From positions 1 through 37,662 of the IMG/VR virus record IMGVR_UViG_3300042922_000419: a stretch of 37,662 bases of DNA; one strand, written 5' to 3'. Below the pieces are notes generated by a model. That model was not told the origin of the DNA. It saw nothing but the letters and a program-made list of their open reading frames with translations, and did no database searches. Below, one piece after another: positions 6,826 through 16,559 of the stretch (positions within the stretch are counted from its first letter, which is position 1; every line of letters starts with the position of its first letter). The position numbers and the translations under genes are program-made. This DNA is from a virus.

Positions 6826-7053
6826 ATGTTTAATTTATTCAAAAAGAAACAAGATGAAACAGTTGAAAGTTTAGCAAATAAATTAATCATGAAGTTAAAA
6901 GAGGAAGGGAAGTCTATAGCTTACCCTGATATATCAGAAGGCCTTGGTTCTGTATCGATATTCGCTCACGATATAGGAACTGAAGTAGCATCTTTAAGCA
7001 TTGAATCTAACAATTGGAAAGTAAAAGTAAAACCATATTTTGAAAAATTTTAG
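6826..7053 (+). CDS. Hypothetical protein (75 aa)
   Basis: The ATG at 6826 follows GGGAGG. The track ORF starts earlier, inside the abrB-like gene. Confidence 0.5.
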   Translation: MFNLFKKKQDETVESLANKLIMKLKEEGKSIAYPDISEGLGSVSIFAHDIGTEVASLSIESNNWKVKVKPYFEKF

Positions 7054-7062
7054 GGGGATGAA

Positions 7063-9039
7063 ATGGAAATTAAATTACAAAAGTTAAATGTTAAAAATTT
7101 CAAAGGTATAAAAAAATTAGAAATAGAATTCGGACAAACTACTAATATTTACGGTGAAAATGCATTAGGTAAAACAACTATATTTGATGCTTTTACATGG
7201 TTGCTATTTGATAAGGACAGTTCAAATAAAAAAGATTTTAATATTAAAACATTAGGTAAGGATGGCGAAGCTTTACATGGATTGGAGCATGAAGTTGAAG
7301 GAGCTCTTACGGTTGACGGTAAATCATTAGAGTTAAAGAAAGTTTTTACTGAAAAATGGGTTAAGCAGCGTGGATCTGTAGAGAAAGTTTTTTCTGGCCA
7401 TGAAACAAACTACTGGATCAATGAAGTTCCAGTAAAGAAAAATGAATATCAAAATAAAATTAATTCTATTATCGATGAAACTATATTTAAGCTAATTACA
7501 AATCCATTGTTTTTCAATCTGAATTTGAATTGGCAGGATAGAAGGAAAACTCTTCTTGAAATTGTTGGAGATATTTCGGACCAGGATGTAATTAATAGTA
7601 GTACAGAATTAACAAGGCTTTCAATATTGCTGCAAGACAAAACATTGGATGAATTTAAGGCCATGATTGCAGGTCAGAAAAAGAGATACAATGAGCAGCT
7701 CAAATCAATACCTATAAGAATTGATGAGCTCAGCAGGAACATTCCAACGCTGGAGGTAGACGTTGATTATATAGAGTTAGAAGAGGAGAGAAAAGAACTT
7801 CAGCAAATTATTAATAATTTGGATAATGAACTTACAGACCAAAGAAAAATAGCTATGGAGCTGATGAACGGCTTTAAGAAAAAACAGTCTTTAATAGCAG
7901 GTAAGAGAAATCAGCTTGTCAAAATGGAAACTGATATTGTTAGAGAAAGTTTGAAAAGTTTAAATGATTTAAGATATAAAAAGACGGACATTGAAAATCA
8001 AATAAATAGAAATAAAAGGTTAATTGGAGACATTCAAACTTCCATAACTCAAGATACTGAATTGATTGAAAAAACAAATAAAGCCCTTTCTGATTTAAGG
8101 AATAAATACAGCGAAGTTATTAAAGAAACTTTTGAAAAACCTGATAGAAATAACTTTATTTGTCCAACCTGCAAGCAGAATCTACCAGAAGGTGACATTG
8201 AAAATAAAATTGCATTTATGGAAAACAACTTCTTAATAGATAAAAAATCAAGACTTGAAGATATAAATCAAAAAGGCAAAACCGGAGCTTTAAGAGTTAA
8301 GGAACTACAAAGAGCTATCGGGGAAAGTGAAGATAAATTAAATTCTATAAATGAAAAACTTATTCACCTAAACGCAGAATTAAAGGTAATGACCGCTCAG
8401 ATTGAGCAAGAAGAAAAGATAACAGGTGTTGTGGATTATGAATCGAACGAAGAGTATCAAGTGTTAAAAACTGAAATAGAGAGCTTGGAAAATGAATTAG
8501 AAGACAGTGAGTTTGAAGAGGTTGACTCAAGGAATTTAATCAATAAAAAGCAATCATGCAGCGACAGAATAAATGAAATCAATAAAATTCTAAATAGTAA
8601 ACAGGTCATTGCAGATACGCAAAAGCGTATAGTAGAGTTGGAAGAGCAGCAAGTTGATATTGCAAGCAAAGTATTAGAGCTTGAAGGCCAAGAATATTTA
8701 GCAGAGCAGTTCATCAGGACTAAAGTTGATATGTTAGAGTCAAGGATCAATGAAAAGTTTAGCCAGGTTAATTTTAAAATGTTCAATGAACAAATAAACG
8801 GAGCCTTGGTTGAATGTTGCGACACTCTTATAAAAGGCGTACCGTTCCAGGATGCGAATAATGCAGCGAAGATTAATGCCGGTGTAGATATTATAAATAC
8901 TCTTACAAAGCATTATGATATTACAGCTCCTATATTTGTGGATAATCGTGAGGCTGTAAATAGACTAATTGAAACTGAGAGCCAAGTAATTAATTTAATT
9001 GTGAGTCACGATAAAACACTGAGAGTGGAGGTTTTATAA
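7063..9039 (+). CDS. SMC/Rad50/SbcC-like AAA ATPase with long coiled coil and CxxC hook
   Basis: N-terminal Walker A GENALGKTT, a central heptad-rich region containing CPTCKQ, and a C-terminal PIFVDNREAV Walker B-like motif. Confidence 0.85.
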   Translation: MEIKLQKLNVKNFKGIKKLEIEFGQTTNIYGENALGKTTIFDAFTWLLFDKDSSNKKDFNIKTLGKDGEALHGLEHEVEGALTVDGKSLELKKVFTEKWVKQRGSVEKVFSGHETNYWINEVPVKKNEYQNKINSIIDETIFKLITNPLFFNLNLNWQDRRKTLLEIVGDISDQDVINSSTELTRLSILLQDKTLDEFKAMIAGQKKRYNEQLKSIPIRIDELSRNIPTLEVDVDYIELEEERKELQQIINNLDNELTDQRKIAMELMNGFKKKQSLIAGKRNQLVKMETDIVRESLKSLNDLRYKKTDIENQINRNKRLIGDIQTSITQDTELIEKTNKALSDLRNKYSEVIKETFEKPDRNNFICPTCKQNLPEGDIENKIAFMENNFLIDKKSRLEDINQKGKTGALRVKELQRAIGESEDKLNSINEKLIHLNAELKVMTAQIEQEEKITGVVDYESNEEYQVLKTEIESLENELEDSEFEEVDSRNLINKKQSCSDRINEINKILNSKQVIADTQKRIVELEEQQVDIASKVLELEGQEYLAEQFIRTKVDMLESRINEKFSQVNFKMFNEQINGALVECCDTLIKGVPFQDANNAAKINAGVDIINTLTKHYDITAPIFVDNREAVNRLIETESQVINLIVSHDKTLRVEVL

Positions 9040-9155
9040 TGAATGAAACGGAAGATAATTTAAAAATAAAGCTTAAAGATATATCAATAATCGATACAGG
9101 AACTGCTTTGGTAATAGTTGTGCGTAAAAATGTAAAGGAAGGTGAGGGTAAATAA
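9039..9155 (+). CDS. 38-aa hypothetical protein
   Basis: TAATG overlaps at both ends indicate translational coupling. Below the track cut-off. Confidence 0.35.
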   Translation: MNETEDNLKIKLKDISIIDTGTALVIVVRKNVKEGEGK

Positions 9156-9454
9156 TGGACCACGAAAATTTTATGTACTTAAATAAAAAGGTAGTTAGAT
9201 ATGAACAACTTCAGTCATTTAAGGAGCATTTGAACGATTTTCAACAAGAACTAATCAAAGATAAAGATATTAGAATTGCAATAAGCGATGATGATTATGA
9301 TAAAACTTTTATAGCAGACAATATGGCAAGGAAGTCAGTTTGCATCCATATAAAAGATGAATACGACGAACTCATGAGAGAAATTAAAGACAATCTCATA
9401 GACAGTATTGGAATGACATTAGTAAAAATAAATCAGATCATGGAGGAAATATAA
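9155..9454 (+). CDS. Hypothetical protein (99 aa)
   Basis: Coupled start, co-directional. Confidence 0.55.
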   Translation: MDHENFMYLNKKVVRYEQLQSFKEHLNDFQQELIKDKDIRIAISDDDYDKTFIADNMARKSVCIHIKDEYDELMREIKDNLIDSIGMTLVKINQIMEEI

Positions 9455-9457
9455 ATA

Positions 9458-9928
9458 ATGAATTTAAAAACTACTTTTTATGTAATTCTAATTACAGCAT
9501 TTCTGCTCTTTGGAGGACTTGCGATTAAAATGATATGGTTTCCAGTTAATACTGTACAACAAAGCGTTGATACTGCATATGAAGTTGTAGATAAGACAAT
9601 GACAGGTGAAAATGCAATTGCTAATTATGAGTGGTTTAAAGAACAGGAGGCTTATATAAGACAATGCGTAAAGAATGAACAGATATCGCAAGAAGAGTAT
9701 GATTTGTATGTTTCAATGTTACCAACTGATAGGACTACATGGGACAGGCAAGATAAAGACGAAGAAGGCAGTTTAAGGAATAGCTTATATGCACTTCAAA
9801 AGCTTACAAATAAAGCAATGGAAGATTATAACGCTCGTGCAAGTATGGAAAACAGAGCAATATTTAAAGATAATTTACCAAGTAATATTACGAGAGCTTT
9901 TTACGCAGGAATGGATTTAACACACTAA
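9458..9928 (+). CDS. Membrane-anchored protein (one N-terminal TM)
   Basis: FYVILITAFLLFGGLAIKMIWF followed by a soluble domain. Confidence 0.65.
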   Translation: MNLKTTFYVILITAFLLFGGLAIKMIWFPVNTVQQSVDTAYEVVDKTMTGENAIANYEWFKEQEAYIRQCVKNEQISQEEYDLYVSMLPTDRTTWDRQDKDEEGSLRNSLYALQKLTNKAMEDYNARASMENRAIFKDNLPSNITRAFYAGMDLTH

Positions 9929-9943
9929 AAATCAAAGGAGAGA

Positions 9944-10489
9944 ATGATGAAAAAAATATTAATAGTAATTTTAAGTTTAGTAATGATTTTAGGATTGGTT
10001 GGATGTTCAGTAGATGTTCCGGTAAGAGAGAAGAATTCAGTAGAAAAAGCAACGATAGCAAATGAAAAATCTGTTGCAACTTTAATAGGAAATGACAAAT
10101 TACCTACAATAACGAAATCGTTGGAAAGAGAAAATATTAAGCGTAGAGTAGAATTTATTAATCAGCCGGATAGGATTGGTTATCTATACTTATTATCTGA
10201 CAATGGACAACTTATTAAAGAGGTTCAAGTATTAGGAAAAGCAAGTAGTTTAAATAATTATATAACACCAATGGAACAATTGACATTAGGAAAAATTGAC
10301 GATTATCCATCTGAAACATATGTAACTGAAGCTCCTGATTTAGATGGTACTTGGGGAACAAGACCTGAAGGGATATTCTGGTTTACGCCTGATGGAGTAT
10401 ATCAAGAATGGACTGGATTGTATTTATACAGTAGTGAAAGAATGACTTTTACAACAAAACCGTTACTAATAGAAAATATCGAAAAATAA
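9944..10489 (+). CDS. Lipoprotein (181 aa)
   Basis: Signal peptide MMKKILIVILSLVMILGLVGC with an LVGC lipobox. AAAGGAG ribosome-binding site. Confidence 0.75.
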   Translation: MMKKILIVILSLVMILGLVGCSVDVPVREKNSVEKATIANEKSVATLIGNDKLPTITKSLERENIKRRVEFINQPDRIGYLYLLSDNGQLIKEVQVLGKASSLNNYITPMEQLTLGKIDDYPSETYVTEAPDLDGTWGTRPEGIFWFTPDGVYQEWTGLYLYSSERMTFTTKPLLIENIEK

Positions 10490-10504
10490 AAAGGAGGAAA
10501 TACA

Positions 10505-11239
10505 ATGGCAGCACAAAATAAAAATGAGGTAATTAACGCTAAACAAGAAATGGCATATACGTATCAGGTGAACGGTGAGGAATTAACATTAACTCCGACG
10601 GTTGTAAAAAATTATCTTACAAGAGGAAATGGTGCTATTACAGGTCAAGAAGCAGTTTTATTTATGAACCTTTGTAAATATCAGAAATTAAATCCATTTC
10701 TAAATGAAGCATATCTTGTTAAATTTGGCGATCAACCTGCTCAACTTATAACTGGTAAGGATGCATTTATGAAAAGAGCTGAAAACCATGAACAATTTGA
10801 TGGTTATAGAGCAGGTCTTATTATAAATAGAGATAATGAAGTTATTGAAGTTGAGGGAAGCTTTACAATTCAAGGTGACGTACTTTTAGGAGGTTGGTGT
10901 GAAGTCTACAGACTGGACCGAAAAAATCCTATAATAGCAAAAGTAAATATCGAGGAATACAACAAAGGTAAAGCTCTTTGGAAGGACATGCCTAAAACAA
11001 TGATTAGAAAAACTGCAATGGTACAAGCTTTGAGAGAGGCATTCCCGGCTAACCTTGGAGGCATGTATGTTGAAGAAGAAATGACATTTGAGCAAGCTGT
11101 ACCGGTTGAAGATAAGGTTAAGGAAGAAATTAAGCAAGAAGCAAATAAAAAGCCTTTGATAATTAAAAACGATAAGCCTCCAGTAGAAGAGTTTCAAGAT
11201 GCAGAGGTCATTGATCCAGACGAGGAGCCAGACTTTTAA
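10505..11239 (+). CDS. recT: RecT-family single-strand annealing recombinase
   Basis: LNPFLNEAYLVKFG and KTMIRKTAMVQALREAFP core motifs, with an acidic C-terminal tail. Confidence 0.85.
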   Translation: MAAQNKNEVINAKQEMAYTYQVNGEELTLTPTVVKNYLTRGNGAITGQEAVLFMNLCKYQKLNPFLNEAYLVKFGDQPAQLITGKDAFMKRAENHEQFDGYRAGLIINRDNEVIEVEGSFTIQGDVLLGGWCEVYRLDRKNPIIAKVNIEEYNKGKALWKDMPKTMIRKTAMVQALREAFPANLGGMYVEEEMTFEQAVPVEDKVKEEIKQEANKKPLIIKNDKPPVEEFQDAEVIDPDEEPDF

Positions 11240-11987
11240 ATGATTATGAAGTGTCTTGCTTCAGGGAGCGGTGGCAATAGCTACCTGCTCCAATCCTCCG
11301 AAGGGGAAACTTTAATAATAGAGTGTGGTATTAATATTAAGGAAATAAAAAAAGCTTTAAATTTCAACATGAGGAATGTAGTGGGTTGTTTGATAACTCA
11401 TGAACATCTTTGACCACTCAAAAGAAGCATTTAATTTAATGATGTTAGGTGTTCACATTTATGCTTCAAAGGGCACAAAAAAAGCTATTTCGGGTGCGCC
11501 TGAAAGAATGGTTTCTAATACAAACATATTAAAGGAAATGGTCAAAACGAAAATTGGAAACTTTGAAGTTATTCCATTTGGAGTAAAACATGACGCTTTA
11601 GAGCCATTAGGATTTCTAATTACACATGCAGAATGCGGAACTATATTATTTGCAACTGATACATATTACATTCCTTATAACTTCAATGGATTTGACATAC
11701 ATCATGTAATGGTTGAGTGTAATTATTCAAAAGAAATCCTAAAAGCTAATAATCAATTAGAGAAGTTGAAGGACAGGATCATGCATTCTCATTTTGAGTT
11801 GGAACATGTAAAAGACTTCTTTACAGCGAATGAATTTAATGAAGTTAGAGATATAGTGCTTCTACATTTGAGCAATGCAAATAGCAATGCTGAGCAGTTC
11901 AAGGATGAAATAGGTAAGTGGATGAAAAAGCCTGTTTATATAGCTGATAAAGGCTTAGAAGTTAATTTTGATTTATACGAATTTTAG
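11240..11987 (+). pseudogene. MBL-fold metallo-hydrolase split by a frameshift at 11408..11411
   Basis: Frame A 11240..11413 ends ...LITHEHL-TGA, and frame B (track ORF 11400..11987) continues ..FDHSK. Removing one T from cttt restores the HxHxDH motif THEHLDHSK. Confidence 0.75.
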
Positions 11988-11995
11988 GAGGCACT

Positions 11996-12163
11996 ATGTT
12001 TAGTAAATTATTTAGAAAAATTCACAGTAATTATATGGATACACATTATGTTCAAGAGTTCAAAGTACCTGAAGTAAAGCCTAATAAAAGTAAAGTGCTA
12101 ATAGTTGGGTTAGGGAAAAGTGCAACTTATAATATTAAGCAGCCAAAAGGGAAGAAGAGGTAA
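11996..12163 (+). CDS. 55-aa hypothetical basic protein
   Basis: AGGAGG upstream. Below the track cut-off. Confidence 0.4.
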   Translation: MFSKLFRKIHSNYMDTHYVQEFKVPEVKPNKSKVLIVGLGKSATYNIKQPKGKKR

Positions 12164-12165
12164 AC

Positions 12166-12336
12166 ATGGATAAATTCATATTAAAGCTAAATAAACTTAA
12201 CGAATCAGAACGTTTAGAAATATCGACGTTATTAATAAAAGCTGGATACACTGTAAGGCTTAGAAAAGAAAAGACAACAGGAAAAACTTATAATCATTAC
12301 GTTGAATATTTTGAGGAGGGCTCAAATGAAAGCTGA
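12166..12336 (+). CDS. 56-aa hypothetical protein
   Basis: GAAGAGG upstream. Overlaps the next start. Confidence 0.4.
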   Translation: MDKFILKLNKLNESERLEISTLLIKAGYTVRLRKEKTTGKTYNHYVEYFEEGSNES

Positions 12337-12556
12337 CAATAACAATATAGGTAAGAATGGTAGTGGCTGTAGTGATCCTACAGCTTTTGCTGCAATAGCT
12401 AAAGTAACACGTGACGGTAAATTGAAAGCCAGGAACCGCCAACATGATATTGATGATGCTATGCATATTATAAATAGATTTCTTGATATTATTGATTTCA
12501 AACTGGAAGGACGAATAACTTTAATCGATAAACAAACAGGCAGGAGGTATGAGTAA
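12326..12556 (+). CDS. Hypothetical protein (76 aa)
   Basis: The ATG at 12326 follows GAGGAGGG. The track start at 12302 is less likely. Confidence 0.5.
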   Translation: MKADNNNIGKNGSGCSDPTAFAAIAKVTRDGKLKARNRQHDIDDAMHIINRFLDIIDFKLEGRITLIDKQTGRRYE

Positions 12557-12843
12557 TGAACGAGATTGAAGCAATAGAACAATTAAAAATGAAAAGAGTT
12601 TTACTTGAAAGAGATTATTTTTCTCCGACGGATTATAAAGAATTTGATTTAGCAATATCAGCACTTGAAAAGCAGGTTACTAAGAAGCCAGTTGTAGGTG
12701 AGTATGATCATATGCTTGAACAAATAGAAGTCAAATGCCCTTCATGTAGTGGTATGGTTGGAATTAATAATGGTGAGGGAATAGACATATTCTTTGATTA
12801 TTGTTCTGACTGTGGTCAAAAGCTTAGTAAATTGGAGGTTTAA
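12556..12843 (+). CDS. Hypothetical protein with C-terminal zinc ribbon
   Basis: CPSC...CSDC. ATGA-type overlap with the upstream gene. Confidence 0.55.
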   Translation: MNEIEAIEQLKMKRVLLERDYFSPTDYKEFDLAISALEKQVTKKPVVGEYDHMLEQIEVKCPSCSGMVGINNGEGIDIFFDYCSDCGQKLSKLEV

Positions 12844-13398
12844 ATGCGCTACCATTACACGGATAAAGAAACAAAGGAAATTCTAAATAATCTAACAGTC
12901 TTAATCGACACACGAGAGCAGGAAAACAGACATATATTAGAATTTTTTAATAAGAAAAAAGTGAATTTTAAAAGTAAAAAGCTTGATTTCGGTGATTACA
13001 GTTTTATGCTTCCTCCGATGCCAGAGCTTGGAATAATTAAACCTTTATTTTTTGACAATGAAATAGTAGTTGAGCGTAAAGGATCATTGACAGAGCTTTC
13101 CGGGAATTTGACCAAAGACCGTGAAAGATTTGAAAAGGAGCTCATCAGGAAGCAGGGTGCAAAATTCTATTTAATGGTTGAAGACGGCAGCTGGGAGGAT
13201 ATTCAAAGTGGAAATTATAGAACTGAATATAATCCAACAAGTTTTTTAGCAACCTTAAATGCTTACATAGCAAGATATAAAATAGATGTTAATTTCGTTA
13301 CTAAATATTATGCAGGAATGTTTATATATGCATTATTTAATTACCATTTAAGAGAAGTAATATTGAATTACAAGGGAGACCTGGAAGAAGGTGAGTAA
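12844..13398 (+). CDS. ERCC4/Mus81-type nuclease (possible junction resolvase)
   Basis: DTREQ...FGDYSF...VERKGSLTELSGNL fits the GDxn-ERK-x3-D nuclease motif. Confidence 0.55.
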   Translation: MRYHYTDKETKEILNNLTVLIDTREQENRHILEFFNKKKVNFKSKKLDFGDYSFMLPPMPELGIIKPLFFDNEIVVERKGSLTELSGNLTKDRERFEKELIRKQGAKFYLMVEDGSWEDIQSGNYRTEYNPTSFLATLNAYIARYKIDVNFVTKYYAGMFIYALFNYHLREVILNYKGDLEEGE

Positions 13399-13400
13399 CA

Positions 13401-16031
13401 TTGTTTGATTACGACAAAATGTTTGATGCAATTTTGCCACAATTACAAGATAAAAAGAAAAATTTTAATACAAAAGACAAGGAAAACTATAGTTTTAAAT
13501 GTACTCACCATCAAGACAAGACTGCATCAGCCTATATTGCTCACAAAAGTGACGGTGGTATAGTTGCAGGTTGTCGAACATGTGGAAGCAGTTACGGGTT
13601 AAATACTTTACTTTCAGATATTGGTTTAAATAAGATGGACTTTGTAGAGAAAAGCGAGACTTATTTTAGCAAAGAAAATCTTATGAAATATATTAGAGAA
13701 GGTAATGTTGGAAATGTCACAAAAGACGGTGAAAGCTGGATCGTGGATAATGATTATGCTTTTGATAATGCTTATTTTTACAGTGATGAAAGAGGTACCC
13801 TTGTTTCTGTTAAAATAAAGTACAAGCTTGTTAATCCAGCTGCAGATAAAAAGAAAAAGAAATTTGTACAAAGAGTTATTAGAGAAAATAAAATAATTTC
13901 TGCATCTGTGGAAACAGTGGACCAATTGCCAAAGCAATATATTTATAATGCAGCAGGCGTTCAGAATGCCATTAGAAGTAATAAATATGTATATTTAGTA
14001 GAAGGTGAAAAAGACGCTGATACTTTAATTTTTAACGGACTGGTGGCAACGAGTTTTGCCACTGGTGCTGGCTCCATGTTTGATGATTATAAAAGTCAGT
14101 TAAGAGGAGCAAAGCTTGTTATTTGTAGTGACTTTGATGGACCAGGACGAAATCATGTTGAAAAAGTTAGAGAGTTTTTATTTGATGAAGTCCAAAAAAT
14201 GTACATTGTTGAATATCTTCCAGAGCTCTCTAAGGTTCAAAATGATAAAGCTGATGTAACTGATTGGCTCAATGCTGGTCATACAATAAAAGAATTTACT
14301 GAATATGTGTTCGAAAGCTGCTTAGATGTCAAAAATTTTTGGAATCTTCAGGAATACAAAGATTTGGGCTATGGTATATATAAATGCAAAGAAGGCAATG
14401 CATATGATAAAAAGCAATTAACCAATTTCACAATTGATGGCATCAATATAATTAACAGAGTTGACACAGAAGAAGAGTATTTTGAAATGATTATCAGGAC
14501 GCATGACAAGAAGACTCTCAAAAGGCGTGGCAGCATACTTGTTTTTAATGATGTTCGTAAGTTTAGAGATTTCCTTAATTCCTCGGACCTTGTATTCCGT
14601 GGAACTATTGACATATTGATTGACCTGAAGGAATGGTGCTTTAAATACAAAAAGCGTGATACGACGACCGCATATGATGTTGGTGGTATTAGAAATATAA
14701 ATGGTAAATGGTTATTCGTAACATCTGAAGGTAGTTTTGACGGTGATTTTGTATATGACAAATCTAAAATGTATTATGACTATGATAATTTTGAAGCGTT
14801 TCAATATGTTGAACTTCCTACCAAAGAAGAGGTTAAAAAAATATATGAAAGCTTAATTAATTTCAATAAAAAAGAAATTACTTATACAACTTTAGGACAT
14901 GTTGGAGCTATGCTACTGAATGGAAAATATAAAGCATTAGATATTAAGCTTAATCATCTTGCTATATTTGGTGAAGCTGGAGCAGGTAAATCGACTATAG
15001 CAGAAAAGGTAATAATGCCTTTAATGAATTACAACGTAAAAAGTAATGCAAGGGATGTTACTAATTTTGGATTTTTAAAGGAGACTTCTACTAATACTAC
15101 TACTCCATTTTTTGCTGATGAATATAAGCCATCAACATTTATGCTTAAGAAAAATCAAGAATTAAGTAATTTATTCAGAAATATTTATGATGGTAATAGC
15201 AGCGTTAGAGGTAATAAAAATTTACAGACAACCAAGATCACGCCAGTACGACCATTAGTTGTTATAGGTGAGGAAGGCTTTTGGCAGGATGAAACCGCTT
15301 TAATAGAGCGTTCTAATATTATATATGCATCAAAGGCTACAAGGAACGAAGAGAGCTTGCAGCATATCAATAATTTAATAAAAAATAAAGAAATATTAAA
15401 TAAATTTGGAAAATTACTTGTAAAAATTGCATTAGATACTGATGAAAGTAAATTTTTAGATTTTAGAAAAAAATGTGATAATCTTGTTGATTTCAAAGAT
15501 AGAATATTTACTACATTCGCTAACACAGTTCAAGGCCTTAATATTGTTAGAATTGCTTTTAAGTATTACGGTATTGAATTAGATTTCAAGGAAGGTGTTG
15601 AATTCATAAAAAGTAATATCTGTGAAAATGTGCTTCAAAACAATGCAGAAACAAAAACTCAGATTGAAAAAATGTTTGAAATAATAGATGAAATGATTTC
15701 TACTCATGTAAATGTCAAAGATGGCATAAGAGTGGATAAAGAAAGCGGAGTTGTTTATATTTACATCCCTTATATGTATCCAATAATTAAAAAATATTTG
15801 AGGGATTTCAACCGGGAAGAAAATGTACTTGAAAAAAATGACTTCATTAAGCAGCTAAAAGGCAGTAAATATTTAATGACTGATAAAACGATGCCTGTGA
15901 GAATAAATGGAGCTGTTAAAAAAAGTTTTAAATTGAATTTAGATTTATTAGATAATTTGGGACTCGATAATATTTGCACGTTCGAGCCAATCAGCGAAGA
16001 GGATTATGAGCAGATACCTTTTAAGATGTAA
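13401..16031 (+). CDS. Replication protein: zinc-finger and TOPRIM primase fused to a P-loop NTPase
   Basis: CTHHQDKTAS...CRTCG, TOPRIM YLVEGEKDADTL and SDFDGPGRNH, Walker A GEAGAGKST, FFADEY. TTG start after GAAGGTGAG. Confidence 0.8.
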   Translation: MFDYDKMFDAILPQLQDKKKNFNTKDKENYSFKCTHHQDKTASAYIAHKSDGGIVAGCRTCGSSYGLNTLLSDIGLNKMDFVEKSETYFSKENLMKYIREGNVGNVTKDGESWIVDNDYAFDNAYFYSDERGTLVSVKIKYKLVNPAADKKKKKFVQRVIRENKIISASVETVDQLPKQYIYNAAGVQNAIRSNKYVYLVEGEKDADTLIFNGLVATSFATGAGSMFDDYKSQLRGAKLVICSDFDGPGRNHVEKVREFLFDEVQKMYIVEYLPELSKVQNDKADVTDWLNAGHTIKEFTEYVFESCLDVKNFWNLQEYKDLGYGIYKCKEGNAYDKKQLTNFTIDGINIINRVDTEEEYFEMIIRTHDKKTLKRRGSILVFNDVRKFRDFLNSSDLVFRGTIDILIDLKEWCFKYKKRDTTTAYDVGGIRNINGKWLFVTSEGSFDGDFVYDKSKMYYDYDNFEAFQYVELPTKEEVKKIYESLINFNKKEITYTTLGHVGAMLLNGKYKALDIKLNHLAIFGEAGAGKSTIAEKVIMPLMNYNVKSNARDVTNFGFLKETSTNTTTPFFADEYKPSTFMLKKNQELSNLFRNIYDGNSSVRGNKNLQTTKITPVRPLVVIGEEGFWQDETALIERSNIIYASKATRNEESLQHINNLIKNKEILNKFGKLLVKIALDTDESKFLDFRKKCDNLVDFKDRIFTTFANTVQGLNIVRIAFKYYGIELDFKEGVEFIKSNICENVLQNNAETKTQIEKMFEIIDEMISTHVNVKDGIRVDKESGVVYIYIPYMYPIIKKYLRDFNREENVLEKNDFIKQLKGSKYLMTDKTMPVRINGAVKKSFKLNLDLLDNLGLDNICTFEPISEEDYEQIPFKM

Positions 16032-16355
16032 CCTAATTTTGAGAGATGTAACCTGCTTGTAACCTGTTTTTAGGAAAAAAAGTTACAAAAATATTTTTGA
16101 GTGTTGGGCGCTGAATGCGTTGGTATTACTATATATATATAAATATAAATTATAAATTATTATTATATTATATATACTTGTAACCTTTGTAACCTCATTA
16201 ATAAGTATACCTACTTACATGTGAGACATTCTTCCTAACATAGGGTGTGTAAATTTTTTTTGAGGTTACAAAATCAAAAAGTCAAATAGACGTTGGAATA
16301 TCAAGTGTTAACGCATAACTTTGACAGGTTACAAGGGTATTGCAAAAAGGTTACA
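16027..16355. repeat. Iteron cluster with AT-rich core: putative replication origin
   Basis: TGTAACCT at 16027, 16047, 16058, 16189 and 16198. Inverted AGGTTACA at 16263, 16326 and 16348. A (TA)n/AT-only stretch at about 16131..16186. Confidence 0.6.
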
Positions 16356-16364
16356 GGAGGTTTT

Positions 16365-16559
16365 ATGGACGAATTAATTAAAAAATTCAACTTAAACATA
16401 AATCGAATAAGAAAAGCAAATCAATATTTTAAAAACAACAAGGTCAATGCCAAGGCAGAACAGGAGTTGAATAACATCATTATGGATTGCAACGACATTT
16501 GTAATAAGCTCCAAGGCATGGGATTTGATTTAAATAAATTAAACATGGATATTACATAA
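16365..16559 (+). CDS. Hypothetical protein (64 aa)
   Basis: The ATG at 16365 follows AGGAGG. The track start at 16293 lies inside the iteron region. Confidence 0.5.
   Translation: MDELIKKFNLNINRIRKANQYFKNNKVNAKAEQELNNIIMDCNDICNKLQGMGFDLNKLNMDIT

Noticed and set aside
6573-7053. AbrB/MazE-like antitoxin plus downstream 75-aa toxin
   Set aside because: The first protein matches bona fide AbrB rather than MazE over its whole N-domain, and the downstream ORF has no recognisable toxin motif. This is kept only as an alternative explanation in the AbrB paralogue finding.
7063-9039. SMC-like ATPase as a defence ATPase (Gabija/PARIS/OLD-like)
   Set aside because: It has no TOPRIM or nuclease partner, it has a long coiled coil with a CxxC hook, and it lies next to RecT and an MBL hydrolase. 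That context fits a phage Rad50/SbcC-like recombination accessory protein.
16027-16355. CRISPR-like array
   Set aside because: The repeats are only 8 nt, irregularly spaced, in both orientations, and surround an AT-only core. That pattern fits iterons, not CRISPR.
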